56,016 nucleotides of DNA, filler included, from Sphacelaria rigidula (GCA_964200075.2; 6 parts of 6 records of this genome joined end to end with filler, not necessarily neighbours in it); one strand, 5' to 3'; shown: positions 13,032 to 25,772, counted from the first letter of the whole stretch. A program made the numbers and translations. Notes: a model not told the origin generated them from the sequence alone.

Positions 13032-13916
13032 CTGGAGAACAAGCAGCAGCAAAACGACGACGACGACGACGACAAACAGCATGAAAAAGGAAATTGTTTG
13101 CTCGATCACGCACGTCCTTTCCCCCCCCCTGCTTCTCCCCGGCGGAAGCGTGACGAAAGGTGAACGTCACCGTCTAATGACTGCTATTAAGATCTTACAG
13201 GAGGGTCAAATATATCATCAGCAGCAATATGAAAGACCAACAAGAGCAGCAACAGCAGCAGCAGCAGGTCGTCACCCTCACCGTTTACACCGCAGGGTAT
13301 CAGTACAGCTACAAGAACCACCCCCAGTCAAGTACTGGGGAGGTGAGTCAGATGTTAAAAAAAACCGTCAGTAACGCGGTGCTCGCAGGTTGCCTGACCG
13401 TTGTGTACCTGTAGTCTCAGGTGAGAACAAAACCGAACGATATTTTTCCCAGTAATTTGTTCATTATTCTCATACTAATCTTCCGACTCCTTCTCTCCCT
13501 TGGGACGGAACGGCAGTTCAAAGGGATCGGCTCGTCTTGCCCCTCCCTCCGGGACTTCTCCTTGTCACATTGTTTGGCGAGGATCGGATTCATTGCCCTC
13601 ACCCGTCGGACAGCTCATGAGCTTCATAAATATTACTTTATATTAGAGTATTGATCTCGATCACGAGCTAGCTCATTTGGCCCCCCGTTTCCATATTTTT
13701 ACACGTCGGACGGGTCATGTATCTGTCTGAAATAACTAAAAAGAATGCTCTCGAATTCGTTGGTCCAAGAACACGGAATATGAGAATATGTGACCGTGGA
13801 GTCAGAAAAGCCGAAGCCCAAGCTTTGCGCTACTGGGAGTGCTCAGCGTCCGGTGCTGTTGGGAGCAAACATGTAAAAGGGGGGGGCGATTCGTACCCTG
13901 GAGCAATGCCACGGTA

Positions 13917-14246
13917 GGGGTGCACTTCATTTTTCCGGGGCTCCATGTTGTACGAGCCTGTCGATGACTGATTTCGCGGTTCGGACGAATCATCAAATCC
14001 ACGATTTTTCAGGCCTGGTTGCTCGAAAGAGAAAAAAAAAGTTCATCGCTGGTTAAGAAGGTCTACACGCAATTTTTGCGCCATTCGACGTGCCTTGGCT
14101 GCGCGTACCTGAATTGCGACGTTGAAAACAAAGCCCAAGGATTGATTCGTACGGCACGAATCAATCAGACTAAAATCAAGTAATTTCCGGACGAATCATT
14201 AACTCGTCCGACCCTTGAAAACTTTTGGACTGAAAAGTGCACCCCC
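13917..14246 (+). mobile_element. MITE-like element (GGGGTGCACTT TIRs, TA flanks)
   Basis: TA-GGGGTGCACTT ... AAGTGCACCCCC-TA; internal sequence recurs at 36041-36297, 50872-51156 (inverted) and 9199-9254. Confidence 0.8.
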
Positions 14247-14873
14247 TACCGTGGTGGCATCACTCACTGAGAGGAAGTCATTTTTAGACGGATCATGATC
14301 TGTCCGACGTGCGCGTGTTATCTTCGTACTGCGCTGGACACCAAGCACGCGGAGTATCGCAAAGGTTCCACTTTGGCCCCTCTGACCCAGCGGCCACATA
14401 TCTTCTATCTTCGGATCAACGGCTCTGAGAGTGCTTTTCGCCTTTTTCTTTGTTGGAGGAAGCTCATCAGTTGTCCTACATGTGATAATTTTACTTTTCC
14501 TGTTGATATGAAGACAAAACTACCACCTTCCCGAGTGGGGAAGAAACTCACGGCAGCAAATACGCAAACGGGTTCCCACTCTTCGCACGCAAAGGCTCTT
14601 CCAATGATCTTCATGTGTACGGGTGATCACCAAGAGACCTACTCGAGTTCTCGGTGAGTGATAAAACACAATCATATCAAATCGGCAAAAGGAAACGGGC
14701 AGTTTTAGTAAAATACCGAGTAGATCGGCACGTTTTCAATTTTTGGGCGTCCGAAAAACCAACATACCACGAATATTTTCGTGAGGTTGAGGGTCTAGCG
14801 TGGATCTAGAGTGATTTTTACTACTCGCTTTAACTTGACCAACTTTTCATTTCGTTTGTGCTTTTCTTTGTCT

Positions 14874-15050
14874 CCATCACTGGCGTGTGCTTACAGCTAC
14901 ATGTCGATATCGTACTCAGAGATACCAAAGGCTTCAGTCATAAGCTACTATACAGAGGGAATCGGGCCTCGTATCCAGCACGGAGGGGCCGTTCGGAACT
15001 GAAACTAACTCATTCATACATTCAGCGCTTCTCGCTCTCAATTGTATTCT
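14874..15050 (+). repeat. Dispersed repeat shared with 28796-28930
   Basis: CATCACTGGCGTGTGCTTACAGC...GTCGATATC.TACTCA...TTCGGAACTGAAAC...CTCTCAAT in both copies. Confidence 0.75.
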
Positions 15051-15949
15051 AGACTCTCAATTTCACGAAAACATTTTACATGCATCTATCTAGTGAAAAA
15101 ATAGGAAACAACAGGCGCGCGCCGGGGGGGAGGGGGCAGCTCTAATGCTGCCGATTTCCTCACGTCAAGAGCTTCAAGACGGTGTTGCTAAAAAAATCAC
15201 ATACGAACTGGTCCACCCTAGAAACGAATTGAAGCTCTCAAAGCAAAATCTCACCGACACAGGCGAGTTGGGCCGTAATTCGCACATCGCATGAATCGTC
15301 TGATCAAGTGGAAGATGTCCATTTGATCAAAAGTCTGGGCCAACTTCTTCTCGTTAAATAAACGCCATGTCTAGTGATTTCCATACTGTAGGGAGATGTG
15401 GTCTACACTCAAGTCAACATGAAACCCCGAACAATGTATACAGCGGATGATGAGCGATTTGTGGTGTGCACATTCCCTGGAGCACGGGGAAACGATCGAT
15501 ACCCTCACCTTGCCCTCAATCGTTATCTATCTCGAGATATGGCGCTCATAAAATTCCGAAATAAAATCAATATATTACGAGCACAGGCACCAAGTGCACC
15601 AAATCTGGATTTTGCCGCTCAGTTTTCGAGAGTTGTGCTTTGAAATTGGGTATGGAGAATCGCAAGGGCATAACCAAGAGTCTTCAGTTTCTGCAGTTTT
15701 CTTTCATTTTTCAAAAAATACTATTCGCTTTACAAGGCGTTGTAAGGAAAAATGGACGTTGTCCTTGGCCCTTATTTCAGTTCTTCAGCTCAGTTTTTAG
15801 AATTGTGGTTACAAACTTAGTCTGAAGAATCGCAAAGGCATGCTGAAAAAAAAAGTGGGCCTTCATTGTTTTCGTTGGAGAGCTAAGGGCGTTCTCGCAA
15901 ACAAATGATCTTTACTTCACTAAAACATCCTCAAGACCGACCTTTATGC

Positions 15950-16770
15950 GAACGAATCTCGATTCTGTGGAGACCCCAATTTCTTCAAAATGGGGGGGAC
16001 TCATATTTGCGAAACTCACATCTGTGGGGACGGGTTTTATAGTCTCACAAATTTGTGAAATAGTTCTATACACAGTCATTTTCTGAAATAGTGTTGTATC
16101 GCGTACTCGTGAAGCCGAAGGGCAGGCAGGCGGTGAATAAAATTACGAGTAAAGCGTCGTACCGTGGTACGCTAGGGTATTACAGTACAGGACACTCCAT
16201 CAGTACAGTACATGATAATGCCGTGTGGTAGTACATGATGACACGGTCGGTATTGCGAGAACATTGAACAGAGTGCGAGAAGAGTTCAGTAGTGAGGTGC
16301 CATACATTACCCTGCAAATACAGCGACAACATACTAGAATAGTACAGTACCGTTCGTTGTGGTGATACATATGGCAGCGCAGTGCAGCATAAAGTATTGC
16401 CATCGCCGCAGGGTACGGCGTCAACACATATTGTCCGCTTGTCAAACCCCGTGCGAAGCTGCTTCAGCAGCTGGCGCGAGCAGGCACGCCCTGCGCTATC
16501 ACAAGACTCATCTGCTGCGGTTGCGAAAATATCAAACGCCTCCTACCCTACCATCCTCCGCAACGTCACCTTCCTCAAAATTGGGGGGAACTCAAGTTTT
16601 TCCCGATTTTTGCGGAAAAGCGCGAAAAAATGGGAACGATCGTTCTCAAATCGTGACGTTCCGATTTTCGCTTTCCCGATTTGACCCAGATTGGAGGCCA
16701 TGAAATGTGTTTCCCGATTTTTGGTCCCCCAATTTGCGTACAAGTCGAGATTGTTGATTGCCATAAGTGT
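15950..16770 (+). repeat. ~0.8-kb dispersed repeat shared with 36393-37075
   Basis: Collinear blocks CGATTCTGTGGAGACCCCA, GACTCATATTTGCGAAACT, TACATTACCCTGCAAATACAGCGACA, GCTTGTCAAACCCCGTGC and CAAATCGTGAC. Confidence 0.85.
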
Positions 16771-17084
16771 CGGTCTAACTCACGTGAAAAAAAAACTCTC
16801 TCATGTTTTTTGGTTCATTATGCCCCAACGAGGCCCCAAGCAAAACACCACAACACAAGTACCAAACCTGGGTCGGTGGGTGGCCTGCAAAATAATGTTC
16901 CGAACTTTGACCGGCCGGTTTCGAGATCGCCCCGCCTCACCTCAATCTTGAGAGTTGGACTTTCAAATTTAGTACGGAGGATGAATAGAGCATAAAATAA
17001 AAAAATCGAGATGATGACTTTTACTCCACCGCTTCTCGATAAATAAAGCGGTGGCACAGGACTTTATCTGCATCGCTGAAAGGG

Positions 17085-17990
17085 GCGGGAAGGTCAGGGG
17101 CGAAGTCAGCAAAGTGCCCTGGGCTATGCTATACGCTGACGATGCTGACATCGCCTTGCGGTCCCGGGTAAGCCTGGCAAAGATGATGGCGGCCGCCGTC
17201 GAAGTATGTGCGGCATTCGGGCTCGTGGTGGCGGTAAAGAAGACGGTAACCATGCACATGAGCTCCCCGAACATGGAGGCGGATACGATTGAGGTGGAGA
17301 CAGCGGGCCAAAGATAAAAGCAAGTTGAGTCGTTCCTTTACCTCGGCGGAAAAATCAGCAGCATCGGTGATGTCACTCCCGAGATCCACAACTGCATTGG
17401 CCAGGCCTGGACGTGCATCTACAATTATAGCAGAGCGGTACACGACAACCCGTACATCGCCTTGGACACCAAGGTTCATCTCCTGAAGACTGAAGTGATC
17501 GAGGTAATGCGGTACGGCTGCGTATCCTGGACGATCGCACACGATATTTTCGGCGCGTTACGGGAGGCCCATCGAGCATTCCAGCTGAGGTGCCTCAATA
17601 AGCATACCTCAAGCCGCAGCGCCCCTGACTACCAAATGCTGCCATACCACGAGATCCTCGCAAAAAACAAGCTGCGAGTGGGTTGAGGCCACCATGATAA
17701 GGCGAACCCTCCTACACGCCGGCCGCGTTGTGCGCATGCACGGTGAAGCCCTCCCCGACATCGTCCTGCATGGAGTCATGGTTGGAGAGAAGTCGAGGGC
17801 AGGCAGACCAGCAAGGCGCGTATAACACTGTATCACGGACTACCGTTCGTACTCGGGAGTAAATGCGACATCGTGGACGCAAGTTGTCCAAGATATGTCC
17901 GAATGGCCTCGAGGTGTAGAGGAGAGGGTTTACATGTACGTGGCAGCCTGGACGAAAGCACGCCATGCTAAGGGACGGTTTATTGTGCTA
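17085..17990 (+). pseudogene. 5'-truncated, disrupted reverse transcriptase of an RTE-type LINE
   Basis: MLYADD (YADD 17132-17143), FGLxVxxKKT, SFLYLGG, YGCVSW, GRVVRMxxxxLPxIVLHG, GRP; in-frame TAA at 17315, frameshift near the A-run at ~17662-17668 and another stop at ~17824. Confidence 0.92.
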
Positions 17991-18497
17991 CCACTAGAGC
18001 TCTCCCAGTGCCTACCGATTACCTCCAAGAAGTGACCAGTGGTCCATCGGGTAGTACACTCGCTATTACATCTACGATATTTTCGGACAGCTGTGGTGGT
18101 TGTTTATGAGGGTGCCTGCGGTTGTTTTGAGTTGACCCTCGCTCGATGGCCATGCTAATCCCCATGTGCCATCTGCCTTTTCTTCTCTTCTCCTTTCTTT
18201 CCCTTTTTTGTCGGTGTGCTTTTCTTAGCAGATCTTCTTTTTTTCCTTTTCACCCCGTTGAACTCGAGGACGCTCCTCCTCATGTTTTTCTTGGCGTCTC
18301 TCTTTTTATTTTTATTTTGAAAATATTTGAGTTAATTGCGTCTTATCTTGTAATTAGGCTGTCTCAGGAAAAAATGACGAGAACTCCATGTTTTGTAAGA
18401 AATGGCATGGATGGTATTGCAAACGAGCCTATGTCTGTACCACGGATTCGAGACATCGGACTTATGTGCGGAAAAAATAGTCACGATGATAGTAATA

Positions 18498-18544
<47 letters not shown>

Positions 18545-18607
18545 AATGACAATAATAACAATAACAATAACAACAATAATAATAATAATAATAATAGTAA
18601 TAATAAT
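17991..18607 (+). mobile_element. LINE 3' UTR with (GAT)n/(AAT)n microsatellite tail
   Basis: Pyrimidine-rich UTR after the RT, ACCACGGATTCG end motif, then GAT/AAT/AAC trinucleotide repeats from ~18486 to the contig end. Confidence 0.7.
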
Positions 18608-18707
18608 NNNNNNNNNNNNNNNNNNNNNNNNNNNNNNNNNNNNNNNNNNNNTTAATTAATTAANNNNNNNNNNNNNNNNNNNNNNNNNNNNNNNNNNNNN
18701 NNNNNNN
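18608..18707. other. Artificial contig linker
   Basis: 44 N + TTAATTAATTAA + 44 N. Confidence 0.99.
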
Positions 18708-18783
18708 GTTTCGTTTAGACGCCAGACACGTCATTCCTGACCAGCCTCATTGGTCGCTCTGGAGGCCCGGTCCCAAAAGGGTT

Positions 18784-19266
18784 AAGGCCGCTCCTCATAA
18801 TAGACAGAAATACAAATCCGGAAAAGTGCCTTTTTGGAGCTTCTACATCGTTTTACGCCCAAAAAGAGAGCTAGGCGGAGTTTGACACCATGGAATAACT
18901 CGCTCTGCTCTTGGAGGCGGTTCCAGGACATCTTCCCGTTTTCCGGTGGCCGCAGTTTTCATTCCGACTAAACAAGAATTTCTGTCCAAGAATGGTAAGA
19001 AAAGTCAAGTCCAGAAAAAATCGCCACTTTCCTCTGGACTTGACTGTTGTGTTCACCATTCTTGGACAGAATTTCTTGTTTGGTCAAATAAAAACTGCGG
19101 CCACCGGAAGACGGGAAGATGTCCTGGAACCGCCTCAACTAGTAGAGCAAGTCATTCCAAGGTATCAAACTCAGCCTAGCTCTCGTTTGGGGCGTAAAAC
19201 GACGTGGAAGCTCTAACAAGGCACTTTTCCAGAATTTTATTTCTGTCTATTTTAATGAGCAGTCTA
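18784..19266. mobile_element. ~480-bp foldback element / MITE (long imperfect palindrome)
   Basis: Arms of ~230 bp pair from AATAGACAGAAATA (18799)/TATTTCTGTCTATT (19238) inward to AGTCAAGTCCAGA/TCTGGACTTGACT; loop at 19016-19032. Confidence 0.9.
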
Positions 19267-19530
19267 ACAACAGCTCGTCGTTCGATAACAAACCCAAGCA
19301 AGGGCAGATAGACCCTCTTCTCTGTCCTCCCCTCATGCACACCTTCATTCCGGGCACCCTGCTGCCCTTAACCCGCGTTTTTCCCAAGCTCCCGAAAAAT
19401 TCATCAGCACCCTCAGCACCCTCACCTTGCCCTCCTGATCATCCACAAGATCGAGGAAGAGATGGGTTGATAGTGTTTGAGACTATGGACTCGTCCCGAG
19501 GAACGCGAGGGGTTGAGAGTATTTGATTAA

Positions 19531-19532
19531 TT

Positions 19533-19597
<65 letters not shown>

Positions 19598-20000
19598 TAT
19601 CGTTATCATTATTATCATCATTATCATCATTATCATTATCATTATCATCATCATTATCATTTATCAGTTATCATTTGTCGTTTCACATTAACCGATCTAC
19701 CACGGATCCAGCCGTGGTCATCATCCAAAACCTACAGGAATCCAAGGTAAAAATGAAAGGCTCACCGAGAAACAAGCGAGTGAAAACAGAAAAATTACAA
19801 CAGACAAACGGAGTATATATTGAAAATAGGGGGGGGGGGGAAAGAGACAAAGACAAAAAGACAAAAACTATAAACGAATGACTGGTCTCTGCAACATGGC
19901 TTCAGGTGGAACACGTGTCAGGCAAAAAGCACATGCACTCATTCATACCCAGACAAAAAAACAAAATGACAAACAATACGTGAAACAACACGGTAAGGAG
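19531..20000 (-). mobile_element. LINE 3' end remnant with (ATG)n/(ATA)n tail
   Basis: Minus strand: T-rich UTR, then GACCACGGCTGGATCCG...GTTAATGTG, then a long ATG/ATA tandem tail (19531-19660); same architecture as 17991-18607. Confidence 0.65.
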
Positions 20001-20394
20001 CAGGGGACATATATATATATATATATACATTAATAGTCATCGGAGAGAATTTGGAGTGTTTCTGGAAATCTTGGGGAACCACGAGCATATATACCGGCGG
20101 GAGTAAGTACGTCTCTAGGGTACCAGGCCTCTTTCTCGGAATAATATTGACAGCTCGGTATGACCGCACTATAATGGGACCTACCGACAAAGTGCGATCT
20201 TGATTCTAGTGTACGAGCTGGGCCAGCTTAACAGCTGCTAAAACTTGCTCACACCACAGCTTCCCCAGTTTCCCGAATGAACCCGATGTAAGCATATCAC
20301 TGTGAAGTGTAGACCAACCTCGTGACACACGGCACCGACACTGAATGAAAAAAATAAAAATGTACTGTATAATGTATGAACTTAACGACGGACG

Positions 20395-20720
20395 AAAAAA
20401 AGAGAGATTATGTCGGGATTCGAACTCATGACCTCCAAAATTGGAGTCTCCCATCACTTGATTGATAGGGGTGCAGCAGCGTCACGGAAAATGTTAAAAG
20501 CACGGCCCAATTCGACGAGTGTCGAAGTTCCAGGGAGATCTTCTGCGCCCAAGGGACTGATACTTCACGAGTCCAGCTGCAGATTTATTCATTTTTTCCT
20601 GGACTTACGGCATGGTCTTGTTTTTGCTGAAATTTCGAATGCCCATAACTTTTTTTTTTTTGCTGGGCCTGAGATCTTCTGCATTTTGATCATGAAAAGC
20701 TGCTGTCGAAATTTCAGCGT
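20395..20720 (-). repeat. Dispersed repeat with a Pol III B-box-like segment, shared with 44070-44430
   Basis: TGTCGG(G/C)ATTCGAACTC(A/G)TGACCT, GGCCCAATT, a poly-T run and TTCAGC...ACTCCTGA in both copies. Confidence 0.55.
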
Positions 20721-22789
20721 CCAACTCCTGACATCGCGCCGTGCGTCGCCTGAGCGAGAGTCACACATACTCTTGGCTGGCCCAGCTCGTAGTATACACT
20801 GGGAAATGGAGAGTAACAGCGAACGTTGACAATTTACCCTCAATCTCTACCGTAGCCTGAGTAACACTCCACGACCGAACTCACAAAGTAATAGTGCAGA
20901 GAGTTGTCGACCTAGACATTCAACATACGCACACAATTGTGCTTGAAGAACATAGCTTCGAGGACATAATCTAAGGGCGAGGTGTGGCTCACCCTTTTTG
21001 AGTTCGGTCCGTCAATAGCTTGAGGCTGATAAACCCAGGCTGTGAGCAACCCCTTCACCGATTCACCCAACTAAACACGCTCAAGTTTGTGCAAGCAGCC
21101 AGGCCCCTCAAAAGCATTGCAACTGTACCACGACTACGCCGTGGATGAAGCGTACATGGAGAGGACCCCATGGGGGATATTCACACACCCACGTTCAGGT
21201 TCGGTGAAGTTAGCCGTTCCCACGAGCCTAACCTCACAACCCCGTAAAGTTCAAATACGCTGTACGTACGTTGCCAACCTCACCGCAAAACGTGGACATT
21301 GCAATATCCACCTCGAGGTACATCCCACCAGCCCCACGTCAAAGTGGTGCACGCTCCCCACGTTCACTGGCCAACGTCTTGACGTTTTCGAAAGGCATTG
21401 CTCCTGAGGATAAGGCTGAATACCATGTGCATGCTTTGTTGTTCAGTGTTGCTGATTGATGGAAGATGCACGACAGCTCCAATCAGCAGCGAAACAAAAA
21501 AACATCAAAATCTTGCACGTCTTTTTGCGTTATACCTTCACTGTCGGCCTCTACTAATTGCCCAACACAAGTACGCCAACAACGGCACAACAAGGCCGGC
21601 AAACAGGCACTATCAACCGTTGGCCCACACCGCTGTCGCTGCCTTCCCATGAACAAGTTCCGTGGTGAAACATCACAACTCCCATGGTGACGGTGGATTG
21701 TAACATCAAAGGGGGAGGAGTATACCCCCCCTCGCATTGAGAGGTACCGCTACGCTTGACGTTGTCGCCAACTGCGGCGGCCGGGCCGCTTCGAGACACT
21801 GCATCCGCCGAAAGCCGTGTCATTCGTGAAACAACTCGAACTAGATTAATCCATAAACGACAATCTTTCAGAAGCACAGAAGAACTCTTCGTTTCTCGTT
21901 ACATTCGATAGGATCGAGACTGGAACGACTTCCAGCGTGAACGAGTGGTATATTGTACTCCGTCACCAATACCACCATTCCAATACGACACTTGTCTCTT
22001 GAGTGGATGTCCCCTTCACTTGATGGTAAACTATCCCAGGCTTCATCGCCAACTGCGTGCCCATGCACGGCCCTTTCTTCACTTCAGGTACCCGTTGGTC
22101 TTCTGCTGGAAATCGTCGTATTGGCCCGTGGTCCACGACCTGACCGCGTCATCAATAATCCGCAAAATCTCTTCGTCTGTTTCGAAGTCCATGAAGCGTT
22201 TTCGGAACAGAATTTGCTGCGCAATGCACATGAAGAGATGAAAGAACAAACCGATACCAAAGCAGCGGCCACGGACATGAGAAACAAGGGCTGTGTTTGG
22301 CGTGGGGGTGCAGAAGCCATGTCCATGAAGTCCACATAGCAAAGGTGCGACGAGATTGGAAGCAGTGGATATGCAACTAGTCATCGTGTAGAGGTCAATT
22401 GTTGAAGTGGGGCATTTTTGGAGCATGCACGGGTTAATTGAAAGACTTCGTCGAGACCTTGTAAGCACAAACAATGAATACGCGTGCAAGGGAGTCGCAG
22501 GCGGAGTGGCAGCAATCGGGCCAGCGTGGGGGAGCAATGGAACATTCAACCTGAAAAGCACCGGACAGTCATAACAGAGGGGAAAAATGTAACAGAAATA
22601 TGATGGGAATTCAAGTGGGATTAACCGTTAGAGTCAGGTATTTACGCAGATCTGTAGGTCAATCAATTGCACGCAGGAGAAGACGTGCTGCGCAAGAGTT
22701 GGAAGAACGCGCAGAGGAACAACATGGCACAGGGCGCATATCTATTTTTGCTGCTTCCAAGGTACGACCAAGCGCGACTCTTGTAGTCT

Positions 22790-23060
22790 ATGTACATGTA
22801 TCATCTCACATTTTTCACCACCGGAGTTTCCTCCAGCGGCAACGCATTTGTTCACGGGCTTTCTTTTGCAGCGCACTACGAAGGCTCAGCGTTACATTAC
22901 CGTCCAGGTTTGGGTGTCATATGCCTGTGGCGCGTGGTCTGGCTACCAAAAGTCGCTCAAACTGGGTTTTTTTCGCGGGGTGTCGATCCCACACCATAAA
23001 AGCCTTTCCAACAGCATGGAAAACTTGAAATAAGAACCCGAACCACAAAAGCCCGTTGAA
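22790..23060 (+). repeat. Dispersed repeat family (copy on contig 3)
   Basis: Inverted homologue of 10830-11107. Confidence 0.8.
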
Positions 23061-23403
23061 GATCATGTGAAACTCCAAGCAGCAGAATTACTTTTGGCGG
23101 GGTATTTTTCCTCCGTGTTTTTCTTTGTCGAGATTCTCGTTCATGTGGGAGCACGAGCACACCGGTTATGCCGCCGATGTCACGAGAACATGAGAGCAAT
23201 GCAGTAGAAAGCAATTGAACATTGCCTTCGCTTTAGTCAGCAGCAAACACAAGACCTTTCAATGAGCCGCTGGCGAGTTGAACAAGGCACACACGTGAGC
23301 AAACGTCCCCACTTTGGGACACCAGTCTAGGATCAGCGCAGGGGGAGGTGCCGAAATCCCTGTGATCATGCAACCCGTAACAGAGAGTTCCCTCATAGGA
23401 TGC

Positions 23404-23517
23404 ACCTGTGAAGTACCGGCGCAGGGATGTCCTTGTGACAGGGATGATAGGGATGTCACAGGGACATCCCTATGAAGGTACTTCACAAGGACATCCCTGC
23501 GCCGGTACTTCACAGGT
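23404..23517. repeat. Hairpin with a perfect 35-bp stem and an inner 11-bp stem
   Basis: 23404-23438 is the exact reverse complement of 23483-23517; inner ATAGGGATGTC/GACATCCCTAT closes a 5-nt loop. Confidence 0.9.
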
Positions 23518-25747
23518 TAGTACCTGTGACTTAGCCCGCCGCTTCGGCATGCATATACACAGCAGGGCAACTGTGAAGTAACTGTGCAGGTAATCCCTGG
23601 GGGCACTCAACAACTATAGTCGCACAGATAAATCATACAGTAGTTGGGATCAATACATCTGTGCAGTCTCATTAGTACACAATACAGGGTGTGGTCCCAT
23701 ATTTATACAGTATACTGTATACTACAGACAGTATCTTGTGTTCCAATGCAGCGGGCTTATATTGCAGGAGTCTAGATATTACGACAGAAAATGCATGTAT
23801 ACAATAGAGTAAGTGAATCGCGGCCAAAGGGGTACATTCGAAGTCGTGACCTGTGTAATTGGAGGCTCCCTCGTCAGTTGTGTTTGTTGGTTTACGTCTG
23901 TTTATTTTCACGGAGGGCAGTAAATACCTGCTCGATCGTCGCGGACAAAGGGATGATTCGCGCGCTTTCTCTCTTTTCATTCAACCCATGTATATCATGC
24001 ACATGTATCATTTCACATTTTTCACCACTTTTGCCGACTTTTCTCTGGTCTCAGTCAGCAGCAAACACAAGATCGTGCAATGAGTTATTGGCGAGTTGAA
24101 CAAGGCACAGCAGCACGGCAGCACAGGAGCATTTTGTCGCAAAAACAATCACCCTGTTTTAAAGAAAGACCGGGTGATGTGGAGGCCACAGTGATGTACA
24201 AAGAACATGCCAAGAATGTTCCACGCATTCCATTTTTTCCGGAAGTGCCTCCTGCCGTCATGTCTTTGTGGCACGAGAGCTACTTCGCACTCTGGCACCT
24301 CGGGTATACAACACATGCTCTACGCCGGCGGTTCCGCCGTCAGCCTCCGTCCGAATTCACATACCTCCGAACGATATCCGATAACGCGCGCGATGTTTTG
24401 TACAGCGACGACCACTGCTTTATATTGAGATACAACAGTAGCTTCTCGTAACCCCTTCGGGACTGAAGCCCACTAACAAGGGGTTCACCATGTGTTAGTA
24501 AAATAATTATAAACAACTTCGGGAGCGACCTGTCCAATCAGGGCGAGGCGAAATTTTTCGACCACATCAAAACGACCAGTGGGGGGGGAGTTGTTGCCGG
24601 GAGAGATTCCACTGCATAGTTGGTGTACCCTGTCCCTGGCCCACAAAAAAGCCTTAGAAGCAAAAGAAAGCCCAAGTTGTCGGGGCTCGGATTCCCGATT
24701 TTTTCATCATTTACTTGCATTTTACGTAGGTCCGACCTCCCATCCCCCGATTTTTTGGGTCACCATCCTGTAGTAAACCCTAGTTGATAACACTAACACG
24801 TAGTGCTCGGGGGAAATTCGGGAATAAATGTACCCTAGTATATATTTTGGTCATGTTCACAAGGCGACTGAACCTGGCAACGCTGTGGAAGGAGAGATGG
24901 AGCTAGAGGCATGAGTTCTGCGTGTCGCTCTGTCGAGGCGGGACAAGCGGCGATGAGGTCGTATGTAGTCGACGGTAACAAACAAGTTGTGTATAGGAAG
25001 CTGATCTCCGTCGCGGAGAACTACCCCGAACATGTGAGGGAGTATGCAGCGGCATAGCTGCTGCTGCACTGTACTGTATCTGCGGCGCAACGCCCATGCC
25101 GCTCGAAGAGAATATACCGCTTGCAACAAAGAGGGAAATCGCGGCCGACCCGACCACAAAGGGCTGTGTAGCAAGGTGACGGGGACAATGTCCAAGGCCA
25201 CAACTGGCGAGCGGCGGTTGCCACGTCCTGTTGAAAGCTCTCCACGGCGACTCTTCCTCCTTGATACATCTGTACATTGCCTGATGCGCACAACACCCGA
25301 ATTTCAGTACAGAAACTATGTATCTGCACCTGAAAATAGGTTGGATCAAACTTTCGGTCTTCCTCCGACCCTGCGGTTTTATATACATACGTGGATATTC
25401 AGCGACATGAAGCCACTGTTTCATGCATCTGCAGGACGCGCCATTTCTAACCAGCCTCCTTGGTCGTTCTGGAGGCCCAATCCCAAAAGGGTTGATCACA
25501 TATTTTCGACTTGCGTCACCCCCGGGAGGCCCGTACTAACCTCCCGAAGGGGAACCTTGTAAGTCATAGCAATATATTGGTCACGTATATGCTGAAGTAT
25601 GTCAAGCTCGTCATTCACGTCACGACGAATGTTGGATGGAGCGGCGTCCAAAAATATGCAACTCGAGCATACGAGGCAAGCAAAAATATCGAGGAGATGA
25701 AAATGGGGCATTTTGTTTCGCTCGGCTCGACTTGAGCCGAGTTAGTC

Positions 25748-25772
25748 ACACACACACACACACACACACACA
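25748..25772. repeat. (CA)n microsatellite
   Basis: Directly visible. Confidence 0.95.

Noticed and set aside
11900..13165. Duplicated exon region (11900-12025 resembles 13050-13165)
   Set aside because: The similarity covers only intron-like sequence, and no second copy of the 12948-13031 exon follows it.
18146..19750. Poly-Asp/Asn, poly-Met and poly-His ORFs (also 33897-34263, 52258-52698)
   Set aside because: They are translations of trinucleotide microsatellites.
22600..23028. Paralogous small proteins (10845..11111 vs 22600..23028; 16359-16703 vs 36619-36957; 42504..42911 vs 43557..43898)
   Set aside because: The similarity is at the DNA level with frame-breaking indels, so these are non-coding repeats.
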